Shown here: positions 11,618-23,464 of the stretch, in pieces
Position numbering within the stretch: the stretch's first letter is position 1
How the letters are laid out: the number at the start of each line of letters is the position of its first letter
From: Ranitomeya imitator
Lineage: Eukaryota
Direction: 5' to 3'
DNA length: 64,000 nucleotides
Assembly (NCBI RefSeq): GCF_032444005.1
Contig: NC_091282.1
Coordinates: 1,016,924,001-1,016,988,000 of the forward strand
Notes under the pieces: model-generated
Database searches by the model: none
What the model was told of the DNA's origin: nothing
What the model saw: the letters and a program-made list of their open reading frames with translations, nothing else
Made by a program: the position numbers and the translations under genes

Positions 11618-13728
11618 GGTGTAATACCAGGATGGTAGGAAGATGGAAGCTTCCATGCTGAGCACAGGGCTAATCCAACAGTGAGACAGCGGTTTGTTGA
11701 CAGAACCCTCCGCACGTAAGAGACCTGGTGGAAAACGAGTCCAACTCCTTGCAGCCAATTAGCCAAACTAGCCACGGACAGCCGGACACTACATGGCTGC
11801 CATTCAGATGTGTGTAATCTATGAGCGCCTTAAGTTCAGCAGTGCGGGTTCCACTCTCGGGGGGAGAGAGGGGTCTCAAGTGTGGGGCCCCTTCCCAGTG
11901 ACATCCAGGGATCCTCATCCCTTATAGGCAGGATTAGGGTCTTACTCCCTTGGTTGGGCGAGACACAGATTTTTTTCGCAGTGCTAGCAATTGATTTTTA
12001 CCTCTTGAGTTACAGCTGCAGTCACTCAATAGTTAAATCCGCAGCTCTACAGGTGGTGTTTGTGCAGCACTACCTCTAGCCCAGCTTCAGACAAGACCCC
12101 TCATTAGGGACACAGGTCCTAGTCTGACGGCTTCTCCGTATAAAGCTGTAAGTCTAGACGTTAGACTCTTCTTTGTGAATGATTTTGGATAAGTGAAGGT
12201 GTCTCCCAAATATCCGCTTGGGTCCAGGCGTCTTAGCGGAGCTATCGGTGCTTGATGTCCCTATGACTACACTTCCTCTTTGAGCCCTGGTTTTATCAGA
12301 ATGTGGATGCAAATCATTGTGCCCCCAATATACCCACTGTTGGAGTAAGTGTGCAGTGTGGAGCCATTTTTGTGCTGACTTGGTTGAATACAGTTTTCCT
12401 ATGTTGATGATACTAAGAGATTAAATAATAAGGCAGATTTCAGTAGTATCCAGGGAACAGCACAATCCAATGCTCCATGCAGGAGCCATCTACTTGGTGG
12501 CACTGTATTCTGTCCTGTGGGCTCGCTTCTGGCATTATACCTACCATCCTATATAATTTTGTGTGCGTGAGGTCATGTGATCGTGCAGGGTAATGAATAA
12601 TTCAGGTAATACTGTCCTCCCCGATGGTAATATCAGCGTGGCTGGAGGAACTTCTTAATGGAGAGCCATTATTGCTCAGGCCTTCCAGGATTAGAATATA
12701 AAGTATTGATGGACTTCAGCCAGTCTTCTGCTTGTGATGTCGCAGTAACCCTGTCACCTTGGCTTGTGTGCTTGTCACTTTCCATTCTGTGTGTCACATG
12801 ATGGCTGACTGACCTGCTTCTCTTTTACCCCTCATGTACCCTACTGAACAGGACCTCTATTGACTAGGTGCCTCCTGGGACTGACCTTAGAGTGGCTCCT
12901 ACAAGATCTCATTTCTGAAATCAGCAGTTATAGTTCTCTAGCTCCGTACAGCCAAATGATGGTGTACGTGGTTGTCCTCTTGTTGGAAAAATACATTATA
13001 AAATACCCAAAAATCAGACCTTGCCTCGTCAATTCCCCCTGATCCCGCTCAGATGATGGGGAATGGATGTTACACCTCATCCGTCTTAAATGGCCTCATG
13101 ACAATGGTCTTTGGGACTTTGGCACTTTTTTTTCTTTTTTTTAAACCTGCTTCTGTAACTCCCAGGGGAGCCACATCTGGGGAAACACATCCCCTGCAGA
13201 GATTTGTGCAGCCATAGAATGCACAGACCAGCCAGGTCTACCAGATTGGGTCTCTGTTGTTGCGCCTAGAGGTAGATCCTGACTGTGAGCCCTCTGGTTA
13301 TGATCTACCTCTGACCTAATGGTTACCTTTTATAGCACTGCCCCAATAAGAATCGCCTGTCACGTTATGTCCCAATAGCTTCTTTTGCTACTGAGGCAAA
13401 GAAAACTATCCAGGACTATTCATTGCTAACTCCTCACTATATGCATGGTGGTGAACGTTTCTTACTGTATTACTTCACAGTCCTGTGCACTGGCACATTG
13501 GTGGGAATAATGCTTCCATCCTACCAAGGGTTTGTGATCTAGAACTGGTAAAACCTCAGATGGGGAATGTGTCCGCTGTATGTTTGCACAGAGAGCATGT
13601 ATTACAGTAGTGGTACTGGAGCAGCGGCTTTATGTATCGGCTTTGTGTCCATCTGCTGATTGATCTCTTCTCTCCTAGATTTTAGCTCCCTGCAGTTGCA
13701 GTTGTCGCCACAAGACTTGCCTTCAACA

Positions 13729-13750
13729 ATGATGAATTCTGACATGGACG
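13729..13750 (+). CDS. SCOC: Short coiled-coil protein, first coding exon (MMNSDMD+G); exon acceptor probably at 13679
   Basis: ATGATGAATTCTGACATGGACG|GTACGG matches the SCOC N-terminus MMNADMD; phase 1 donor. Confidence 0.93.
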
Positions 13751-13908
13751 GTACGGCTCATTATACGCTTCATTACCCGTAATATGCATACATGTATTAG
13801 TGGCATTATCTCAGCGCATCGGCAGCTGCAAAACGAAAGCTGTAGCGTAACATAATAGTTCTTATTAGTGTATTTTTCCTCTTCTAATAGACTCTATTGC
13901 CTTTTTAG

Positions 13909-13992
13909 CTCTTGAAGTAGAAAATCAGGTAGAACTGGAAGAAAAGACGCGGCTTATCAATCAGGTCCTGGAACTTCAGCATACATTAGAAG
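13909..13992 (+). CDS. SCOC: SCOC coding exon 2 (ALEVENQVELEEKTRLINQVLELQHTLE)
   Basis: TTTTTAG|CT...GAAG|GTAAAA, 84 nt, frame-consistent, near-identical to vertebrate SCOC. Confidence 0.96.
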
Positions 13993-14300
13993 GTAAAATG
14001 GACTTACCGTATTTCTTTCCATGTATGTATCCCAGGGAGTATTCCCCGTTGGTAAGTAAAAGATGTTCAGTCCATATGTTGTTGCGTTTTGTTTTTTTTA
14101 ACCTATAGGTGGTACCTGATTATTCTTAGAAAATGTACAGCGAAGATATTATAAGAAAAGGTATATGGAGAAAGCCGTGTTTATACCACCATATTTGTGC
14201 CCACTGGAGCACACGTGACAGAACAACACAAAGCTTTTCTGCCATGTAGTGTAGGAAGAGTTGTCAATCAAAACCTAAACCTTTTACGACCAACCATTTA

Positions 14301-14632
14301 GGGTATGTGCGTACGATGCGGATTTTGCTTCGGATCCGCAGCAGTTTCCCATGAGTTTACAGTACAATGTAAACTTATGGGAAACTGAAAACACTGTGCC
14401 CATGCAGCGGAAAAAAAACGCGCGGAAACGCAGCGGTTTACATTCCGCAGCATGTCAATTCTTTGTGCGGAATCCGCTGCGGTTTTGCACCTGATCTATA
14501 ATAGAAAACCGCAGGTGTAAAACCGCAGTGGAATCCGCACAAAAACCGCCGTAAATCTGCTATAAATCCGCAGAAAAAACGCAGTGTTTTTGCCCTGCAG
14601 ATTTATGAAATCCTCTATGTGTGCACATACCC
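14301..14632. mobile_element. PIF/Harbinger-type MITE
   Basis: TIR GGGTATGTGC...GCACATACCC flanked by TTA/TAA. Confidence 0.7.
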
Positions 14633-14669
14633 TAAATCATTCATCAGACAACTGCCTAAGTTCACTTGT

Positions 14670-16746
14670 CAGGGGCGGACATATACCGCATGTGCAGCCG
14701 CTGCGGCCCGGAGGTTAAGGGGGCCCCCTGCAGGACGGCTAATAATGAGGGCAATCTGGCCTGTTTATCCGGCTCCGTGGGGCCCGTGGCCAGATTGCCC
14801 TCGTGTGCGGCGGGCAGGGAGAGATCCCTGCAGCTCCGCTGCCTGCAAGAGAAAGTGGCAGTGGAGCTGCATCCTGCAGCGATTGTCCTGCTCCCTTCCC
14901 GTGCTTCCTGCGCCTCTCACACAGCAGCGCTGTGCCAGAGAGAGGAAGCTGCCGGCGATGGTGATCCGCAGAGAGGCAGGTGTGTGTGTGCAGTCGCCTT
15001 TTCTGTGAGCTCCTCTTCCCCTTGCACTGCAGCACAATAAACTCTGGTGATTGCTGACTGCAGACTAAAATCTGTGCACAACTTCACTTCAACTCCGACA
15101 AAGCTCCTGCTCTGCATGTGCTGAAGCCAATCAAAGGACAATAAAGTCACATTAGTAGCAGGAGAATGTGCTGGGGGGAGGTAAGGAGAAAAGGGGGCTG
15201 CTCCCTCTGCATTGCATTCACTTTACTGAGCGCCCCATAACAAAGAACAGACAAATTGCTGCCAGAGAAAAACTTTACATCCAAAGCTTTGTAGCAGTCA
15301 TATGCAGCACGGCCAGGCTCCTTCTATGAGATGCAGCAGCTGTGGAGGAGGCTGGCAGCAGTGGTATAGGTGCAGGGGGTCGTCCACTGCAGAGCATCCC
15401 CTCTGCTGCTGCACTCATGGCAGCAAAGGAACCAGAGAATAAAGCCCCCGTCACACACAGCGAGATCGCTAGCGAGATCGCTGCTGAGTCACAAGTTTTG
15501 TGACGCAACAGCGACCTCAGTAGCGATCTCGCTATGTGTGACACGTAGCAGCGACCAGGCCCCTGCTGTGAGATCGCTGGTCGTGTCGGAATGGCCTGGA
15601 CCGTTTTTTGATCGTTGAGGTCCCACTGGGTAGCACACATCGCTGTGTTTGACACCTTACCAACGACCTCGTTGACAGAACGTCCCATTGAATCGTCATG
15701 AAATAGCATCGTTGTACAGGTCGCTATAGGTCGCCGCATCGCTGCTGCGTCGTTGGGGAGATCTCACTGTTTGACATCTCACCAGCGACCACATAGCGAC
15801 GCAGCAACGATCCCTGACAGGTCGTATCGTTGTCGGGATCGCTTAAGCGTCGCTATGTGTGACGGGGCCTTAAGATGCAAAAAAATGGGATCTATCTACC
15901 TACCTATCTATTTATCTATCTATCTATCCCATATCTATCTATCTATCTCCTGTTTATTTATCTACCCCCAACAATGGCAGCTCCTCGTGTATTTGAGATC
16001 TTGGGCAATTCAGATTCACTGGATCAGCTATGAGACTCACACTAAGGCCGGGATCACACATGCGAGAAACACGTCAGTGTCTCGCATGTAAAATCCCTCC
16101 TCTGATGCCGGCACTCCAGAGCGGAGCGTGCGGCCGCATAGCAACACATGGAGCTGCACGCTCCGCTCCCAAGTGCCGGCGCCAGAGCTTGGATTTCACC
16201 TGCGAGATACGGACGTGTTTCTCGCATCTCATCCCGGCCTAAAGGCCTCTGTGCACATTAGAGAGAAATCAACCCAATTTGATCATTTTTGCAGGTTCAA
16301 GAGAGCAATTAATGTATAACCGGACCTGCTGAATCTCCCCAGAGGTGGAGAAAAGGATCAGGCTCTTTGAACATCAACTACTGATCCTCTTCCTCTCCTG
16401 AGAGATAATCCACCATCAGTTTCTGGCAATAACTTGCTCCCCACTCCTTTTGGAAGCACATACGTTCCTAGGGCATCTGAGTGTTCATATATAGTAGAGA
16501 ATTAGAATAGCTGGGGTCCTAACAAATGTTTGATGGTAACTTAAAGGGATATTCCCATCTCCAACATCCTATCCTGATATGTAGTAGGTATAATATCAGT
16601 AATATTAGCAAATGCCTCTAATTAGAAATATAGTATAGTTCTTCTCATTCTCTATGTATATATAATGAAGCTTTGTCGCCATAGAAGGAGAGGGGCCCAG
16701 ACACATTTCTTGCACAGGGGCCCCAAGCTGTCAGTGTCCGCTCCTG
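14670..16746. mobile_element. Non-autonomous hAT element (2.1 kb) with nested MITEs
   Basis: TIR CAGGGGCGGAC / GTCCGCTCCTG and a perfect 8-bp TSD TCACTTGT (14662-14669, 16747-16754). Confidence 0.85.
15443..15869. mobile_element. PIF/Harbinger-type MITE nested in the hAT element
   Basis: TIR (G)GCCCCGTCACAC...GTGTGACGGGGCC with TWA flanks and internal AGCGAGATCGCT palindromes. Confidence 0.75.
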
Positions 16747-17339
16747 TCACTTGTATATGGCCAGGCCAGCTCACGCCCATCTTTGCCCTTTCAGGGATTT
16801 TCCACCATGGACAATTACTTGGAAAGTAGGTATAATGTTGTGTTTGTCTCAAGGGCTTGAACAGGGAAATGAAATGTAGAAGTGGCTACACATAATTATG
16901 CTTCTAAGTGAGGAAACAGCTGTACCGGTCTGCCCTTAGACTCTCTCATACTTCAGTTTTTCACGTATGCCTTCTATCCATGTTTTTCACAGGTAGCACT
17001 CATATCTGTGATAGTCTATGGCGCTCTTTAGTGATGAGCATACATGCTCAGATAAGTGTTATACGAACATGCTCGGGTATTATCTGAGTATCATGGCGTG
17101 CTCAGATTATATGTTTAAGTCCCTGTGGCTGTTAGATAGCCTGGACACGTGGGGATATCCTGTTTTTTTAGGCAATCCCTTCATGTGTTGCAGCTGTCTA
17201 ACAGCCACGAATCATAAAGCCACAGGGACTCTTGACATATTATCCGAGCATGTCAAGATACTCGGATAACACTCGATCATGTTCATATAACACATTATAT
17301 TATAACACAGATATAATTATAATATATATATGGACTTAA

Positions 17340-17825
17340 CCCCTTTCTGACCTCGGACGGGATAGTACATCCGTGGTCAGATACCCCGCTTTGATGCAGG
17401 GCTCCGGCGGTGAGCCCGCTTCAAAGCCGGGACATGTCAGCTGTTTTGAACAGCTGACATGTGCCCGCAATAGCGGCAGGTGAAATCGCGATTCACCCGC
17501 CGCTATTAACTAGTTAAATGTCGCTGTCAAACGCTGTTAGTGGCATTTAACTGGCGCATCCGGCTGGCAAAAAAGCCAAATAAAGAAACAAGTGTGGGAT
17601 TGCACTTTTTTTTGCAATTTCACCGCACTTGGAATTTTTTTCCTGTTTTCTAGTACACGACATGCTAAAACCAATGATGTTGTTCAAAAGTACAACTTGT
17701 TTCGCAAAAAATAAGCCCTCATATGGCCAAATTGACGGAAAAATAAAAAAAAAGTTATGGCTCTGGGAAGGAGGGGAGCGAAAAGCAAACACGGAAAAAC
17801 TGAAAATCCCAAGGTCATGAAGGGG
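17340..17825. mobile_element. TTAA-specific (piggyBac-like) non-autonomous element
   Basis: TTAA|CCCCTTTCTGACCT ... AGGTCATGAAGGGG|TTAA. Confidence 0.8.
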
Positions 17826-18313
17826 TTAACTGTACATGTATTCAGAAAAAAAATTATCTCTCAAAATGGTGCAGGTGCTGCCTGCGCCATTTTACTAGAG
17901 GAAAAAAAATTGCCTCCACCAAGATGGCACCAGTGGTACCTGCGCAGTAGCATCTATCAGCAATTCGATAGATGCTACTGAGCAGACGCCATTTTTCTAG
18001 AGAAAAAAACAAAATAGTCTCCACCAAGATAATCTACAGCGCTATCGGATCGCCAATAGATGCTACTGCTCAGTCGCCGCTTTGAGAGAGAATTTTAATT
18101 TTTTCTTTTCAGAACCAACTGACTGATGGATCCTTGGTTAACTCATTCTGCCACCAGCAGTAGTGAAACATAGAAGCTATAGAAGGCAAACAGTGCAAAG
18201 TTTTTAATGAAATCTGGTTTTTGCTTAATATGTGTTAAACAAAAAATAAAAATTGTTCTTGTATTTCTCCATATCCTTTAAATTTGTCTAACCAGTGTAT
18301 AGATTCTCTTTAA

Positions 18314-18804
18314 TGGAGTTTTCCCACTAACAAAGTTAATTTTAATCAACATTTTAATCAATAGATCTTGGAATAATAATTTCCACAATAGGTAATCTTA
18401 TACATGTGCCCCTGCTGTGTGCTGTGTAATGGCCGTGTCTGACCGTACAGGGACATGGTCTGATCATACCACAGCTCCTGGGCGAGGGGGGAGCAAAGGA
18501 GGATACAGACAGGACAGCAGGGGATCACAGGTAATTCTTTTTGTGAGGCAAAACATTGATTGTTTTTAATCAGCTGCGTTCCCGTGCTGTCCTGTCTGTG
18601 TACTCTTTTGTGTCCTCCCCTGCCCAGGAGCTGCGGTATGATCAGACCATGTCCCTGTACGGTCAGACACGGCCATTGCACAGTATACAGCAGGGACACA
18701 TTTACAAGAGGAACTTTTTTTAAACACATCCAATTGTGAAGCTTGAAGTATTTTTCTGCCAAGCTCTATTAATTAAAATGTACTTTGTTTGTGGGAAAAC
18801 CTCT
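18314..18804. mobile_element. Kolobok/T2-type fold-back MITE
   Basis: TTAA|TGGAGTTTTCCCAC...GTGGGAAAACCTCT. Long internal inverted arms at about 18410-18490 and 18615-18700. Confidence 0.65.
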
Positions 18805-19205
18805 TACTTCTAAAAAGTAGCTGCCTGTCTGCTAGATGGAGGCGTTTACGAGCTTAATCAAAGCACCCAATACAATAATCAGCTGCTTGCAGCAGGTCCA
18901 CCTCCTCTGGGAGAAGCCTTTAGATGGCCATTCATTAGTAGCCACTTGGCTCTGATGGCTACAGCATGTTGTGAGTCACTTATTGCTGTGGTTCTGCTCT
19001 GGCTAATAGAGGAGGTCCCGAGTTATCCTAATGACACAGACGTAAAAATTTCATTAACATTTAATTTTTATGTATGGATTGTACGCACACCGTATTGTTT
19101 GGATCTTACCGATAATGGCTGTATGTAAATGGATTTAACTGTTACATTGCCTGATATAAATGGTCATCATTATTCCGTATCTCCATCTATTTTGTATCCG
19201 AACAG

Positions 19206-19348
19206 ATCTCTCCGCTCGGGTTGATGCTGTAAAAGAGGAAAATCTGAAGCTGAAGTCAGAAAACCAGGTTCTTGGACAGTACATTGAGAACCTCATGTCC
19301 GCGTCCAGTGTTTTCCAGACAACAGACACCAAGAGCAAGCGGAAGTAA
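19206..19348 (+). CDS. SCOC: SCOC last coding exon ([47 protein letters not shown])
   Basis: AACAG|AT acceptor. The spliced CDS is 22+84+143=249 nt, or 82 aa plus stop. Confidence 0.97.
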
Positions 19349-21237
19349 TGCCTGATTGTGCTGTGTTGTCCTTGTGTCCACTGGTTTTGTTGTACCTGAA
19401 TAGTGAATATGGGTCCAGTTAACAGAGCACATGCTTTCCCTCGGCTAGTACTAAACCTATTGTACAAATGGTGACTGCACGGACAACACTACATTAATAC
19501 AATTGTAAAAAGCGTCATTCTGTAATAATACGTTGTAAAGGACTACAGCACACACAGGAATAACGTCTTAGGACAGCTAATTTATTTTTCCATTTCAGTA
19601 ATTACCCTTGTTATATACAGCAGAAAGTGTTATACCAATACTCCAGTATGAAAGTCCCGCTATGTATGGCGACTGCATCAGTAAGGAAACGGTCAACAGC
19701 AGAGTAGGGCTATACAATATTTTGCATGATCTCCTGTAGGTTTAGTCTGGATTACATTTTGTACAAGGCAGGGACGTAACAACTGGTCAGGGCTTGCAGA
19801 ATACATCTTGTGTCATTGTCTTGGCCATCGTCTGTCTCCTTGGTCTAATAAATGAAGATGGAGAGACCTGCACATCCTTGCTTCGTTATCACTGCCTTCT
19901 GGATTCCCCACTCATAACTGCTGATTGTGTGGGTGGTCCGGCTTAAACAAGTTATCCCCTATCCACAAGATACGTAATAACTTGTGGATCGATAAAGTCT
20001 GACCGCTGAGAATCATGTTAATCATCAGAACGGAGAACTTTTATCTGGGTCTGCTGAACACTGCGCTTGGCTTTTTTTCATCAGTCTCACAGAAAATGAA
20101 TGGTCTGGCGGTCGGGCATCCCAATCTGCTGCATCATGTTGTAACTGCTATACAAATTCTCTGATCTTCTGATCAGTGCGGATCCCACAGGTGGGATACC
20201 CTCCAATCAGCAAGTTATTATCTGTACTGTGGATAGGTGATAACGTGTCTCTAAGTACTGCAGAATGCATTATGTGCTACAGGTGATAACTGGATGCTCC
20301 TACTTGCCTTGTATGAAAGGCTACACGCAGTTTCCTAGCTATGAATACTTGGAATCTGAAAAGTTTTACTCCCTCCTTGGTCCGATGTTGCTTTTGCAGC
20401 ATGTTTTATATATTCATGCTTTTGTTTCTTCGTGTAACATTTTATTGTTGGAAAAAGGCCATTCCTGAGTTTTATCGGCTAAGTGGAAAGCACTGTTACT
20501 GCTATGAAGACTCTTGGCACTTGGGCAAGTGACAATAAGTAAAGTGGCTTATTTTTTATTACTGCCATATTGCATCATTTACTATAATACCAATTATGAT
20601 AAAGCTGCATCAAAATAAACATGGAGCATGGTCTTCAGTCAGTTCACTGTTGGTGATAAGATACTGTCATTGCCTGATAGAAACAGTCAGCAGGCGAGTG
20701 CAGGTTGGTCTGTAAGCTGGCTAATGGCTTCATGGTCAGCAATACCTTTACTGATGAGATTAGCCGGTCCATTCATAGTGTGACGTGGAGCCTCGTGCAC
20801 TCCCATGTGTGTGTCATATGTGAATAATGCCTTGTATGGTCCAGAATAGTATTCTCCCCAGGATCTTCCTAGCTCCCCCTATTTATTAATTTTTGATTTG
20901 TTTGGCTGAGTGAAGGTTTACTAGGTCACAAGTACGGTGTTAGTCTTGTCAATTCAAGCCTTCTGGAGTAGAAACACAGATTCACTAAAGCAGGTACTTG
21001 TATGTTAGACAGATCCATCTAGCGCCTCATTACATGTAATGGACTGCAGTGCATAATATGGCCGTGTATGTACCCTACACCTAGTAACAAACTGAATGCT
21101 CCTTGATGCCCTGGACTGGGTTCCTGCAGTGCCAATCACAGCTTAGCATTGTTTTCTGTAATGTGTATAGTGTCTCAGTGAGATCTAACACTATGAATCT
21201 TTACGTTTACATCCTTAGCCATCCTAATTTATTCTGG

Positions 21238-21262
21238 AATAAAAATATGTTTCTGAAATAAA
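21238..21262 (+). terminator. SCOC: Candidate distal SCOC poly(A) signals
   Basis: Two AATAAA at 21238 and 21257 followed by T/GT-rich sequence. More proximal AATAAA occur at 19847 and 20614. Usage is not provable from DNA. Confidence 0.45.
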
Positions 21263-23383
21263 GTATTTCGTTATTTTAAGCCATTTCTTGGTAACGTCAT
21301 CTTCCTTTTTGTGGAGAAGCTTGTATAAAAACTAGTTTAAAGTCATCCAACAATGGATGGAGAATCTTTTTTCAGAGAGTCGACTTCCAAGAAGTATCTC
21401 CTGTATGGATCTTTTTCCTTCTTTCAAAGAAAAAGTTAGGAGGGTGTTCATTCTGCATGCACTTCTTAACAACACAAAAGAAAGCTTTGGATAAAAACAT
21501 TAGTTTCGTTCTTACATCATAGCTGCACAGTGACCTCAAAATACATCAGTCCTGGAGATGGACTGCAGTCCATAGGCCAGGTCAGTAGTTCTGTGACCAC
21601 TAGACAGGAGGCCTGCAAATCTCCTCATCACCCCCGATATTCCTGACTCGGCTAATCCTATGAAGAGCTGGGAATGCTGGAAGGTAAGGAGATTCACAGG
21701 TCTCCCACCCAATAGTTACAGATTCCGTTCCAACAGCCAGGTCAGTAGTCCTACGAACTAATTCTTGCATCTCGATTCTGATATCTAAAAGGGAACCTGT
21801 CAGCAGGGTTGTGCGCAGTCACCTACAGACAGTGTCAGGTTGGCGCAGTTATGCTAATCAAAATGATACCATGGGAGATGAAATTCGTTAATCTCTATTT
21901 TCTTCTAATGAGGTTCTCGTGCTCCGGGGCGGCCTGTGGTGGGGTCTTCATGTAGTGCTCTGCTTAGGTATTCGTACCAATGGCTTAGGAAAGGTCACAG
22001 AAAAAATCTTTATTTTTAAGGGGAAAGAAAAAAAAAAAAAGAAGATTATTCATTCCTTCTCTCCAGCGAACGCTGCTGGGAAGAAGGGATGAATTCCGGC
22101 TTCAGCACCACACGCGGGGAGGACAGCGCTTACAGTAGCGCTGTCTCCTGCACGGCACACGGACAGCATCCGTGTGCGGTACGTGTTTTACACGGACCCA
22201 TTGACTTTGTGGGAACGCACGGATCACACGGACCCATTAAACACTGACATGTCTCCGTGTTTTTCAAACGGACACACGGTCCGTGAAAACATGCTGACAT
22301 GTGCAGAGACACATTGATTTTAATGTGTCTATGTGAGTCAGTGTCTCCGGTACGTGAGAAAACTGTCACCTCACGTACCGGAGCCACTGACGTGTGAAAC
22401 CGGCCTAAATTGGAAAATAACCCATCAAGTATATGAAATAGTTATTTGAAGTAACAATGGAAATTTGTTATTTTATTAATCTTTGACAACTTTTTTTGTT
22501 CAACACTCAGCTATAAAAGTTTAGGGATAAAATGTACATCAGGTTCATTAGATATAAAGTAGAATATCTTTAGCATCAACATGTAAAACTACACTACCAA
22601 TCAATGACGGCTATGGCAGGCTCACTATTAACCAATTGTTGGGAAGCAGAATTGCAAAAAATACTCAGGTAATAATTCAGCTTAACAAATGTCTAAAGGG
22701 TAAAATCATTTTAACCCCAAATATATTCCTGGGGCAGTAGAAACTGTATTTGATGTTGGACCCAAAATTATGCATATATATTCTATTATTTTGATGATCC
22801 AGCTGTGCTTTATAGTTATCAACGTCAACAGCCTGTTATTGTAACTTCTGAGAAATGTTTCATCTGGAAAAGATTGCAATAACGAGCTCTTCAATCAATT
22901 GCCAACTGAAGTGTTTCTGTTGCCATAAATTGGCTCTAGATGTGGAGCAACTTAACGAGCTTGGCATCACCCCATGGGCTCTTATGTTACTAAAGTCCAG
23001 TGTGGAGCAAAATCTGTGCGACAGGTCTAATGAGATGCGAGTGTAACAAGAAAAATAAATTAAGGGGCACATGGAGCTGCTGGTGACCCCTAGTTGCAAT
23101 TGTCTACATCTGTTTTGGAATTATCTACATCTGTTTTGGAATTAATAAGATATGAGTATAAGGAATTGAGATATGCTCAGCCTAATAATGCGAAACCTGG
23201 ATGCATCCAACATCTCAAAGAAAATCAATGCTTAAATCAAAAATTAAAATGAATGGGAAATGTTTAGATTTGACAAAATCTTGCTCCAAGAGCTTAAATA
23301 TGATTCCATGTCAATCAGCAGGCTGATACAGACTGGTTGGTAAGCCAGCTCTCTAGAACAGTCCCATAAATGTGCTGGAATTG

Positions 23384-23464
23384 TTAATCTTTCCGTACTC
23401 GTCTTTTACGGAGGGACTTCTTCAAGTTATCGCCACCATCTGCGCCTTCGTCTGCCTCTTTCAT
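23384..23464 (-). CDS. CLGN: Calmegin last exon (MKEADEGADGGDNLKKSLRKRRVRKD*)
   Basis: The C-terminal RKRRVRKD is the calmegin ending (calnexin ends RKPRRE). CAG acceptor, phase 0. Confidence 0.95.
   Translation of the reverse strand: MKEADEGADGGDNLKKSLRKRRVRKD

Noticed and set aside
20751-20790. Additional hammerhead at CTGATGAG (also CTGACGA at 54205)
   Set aside because: There is no downstream stem II-GAAA-stem III arrangement.
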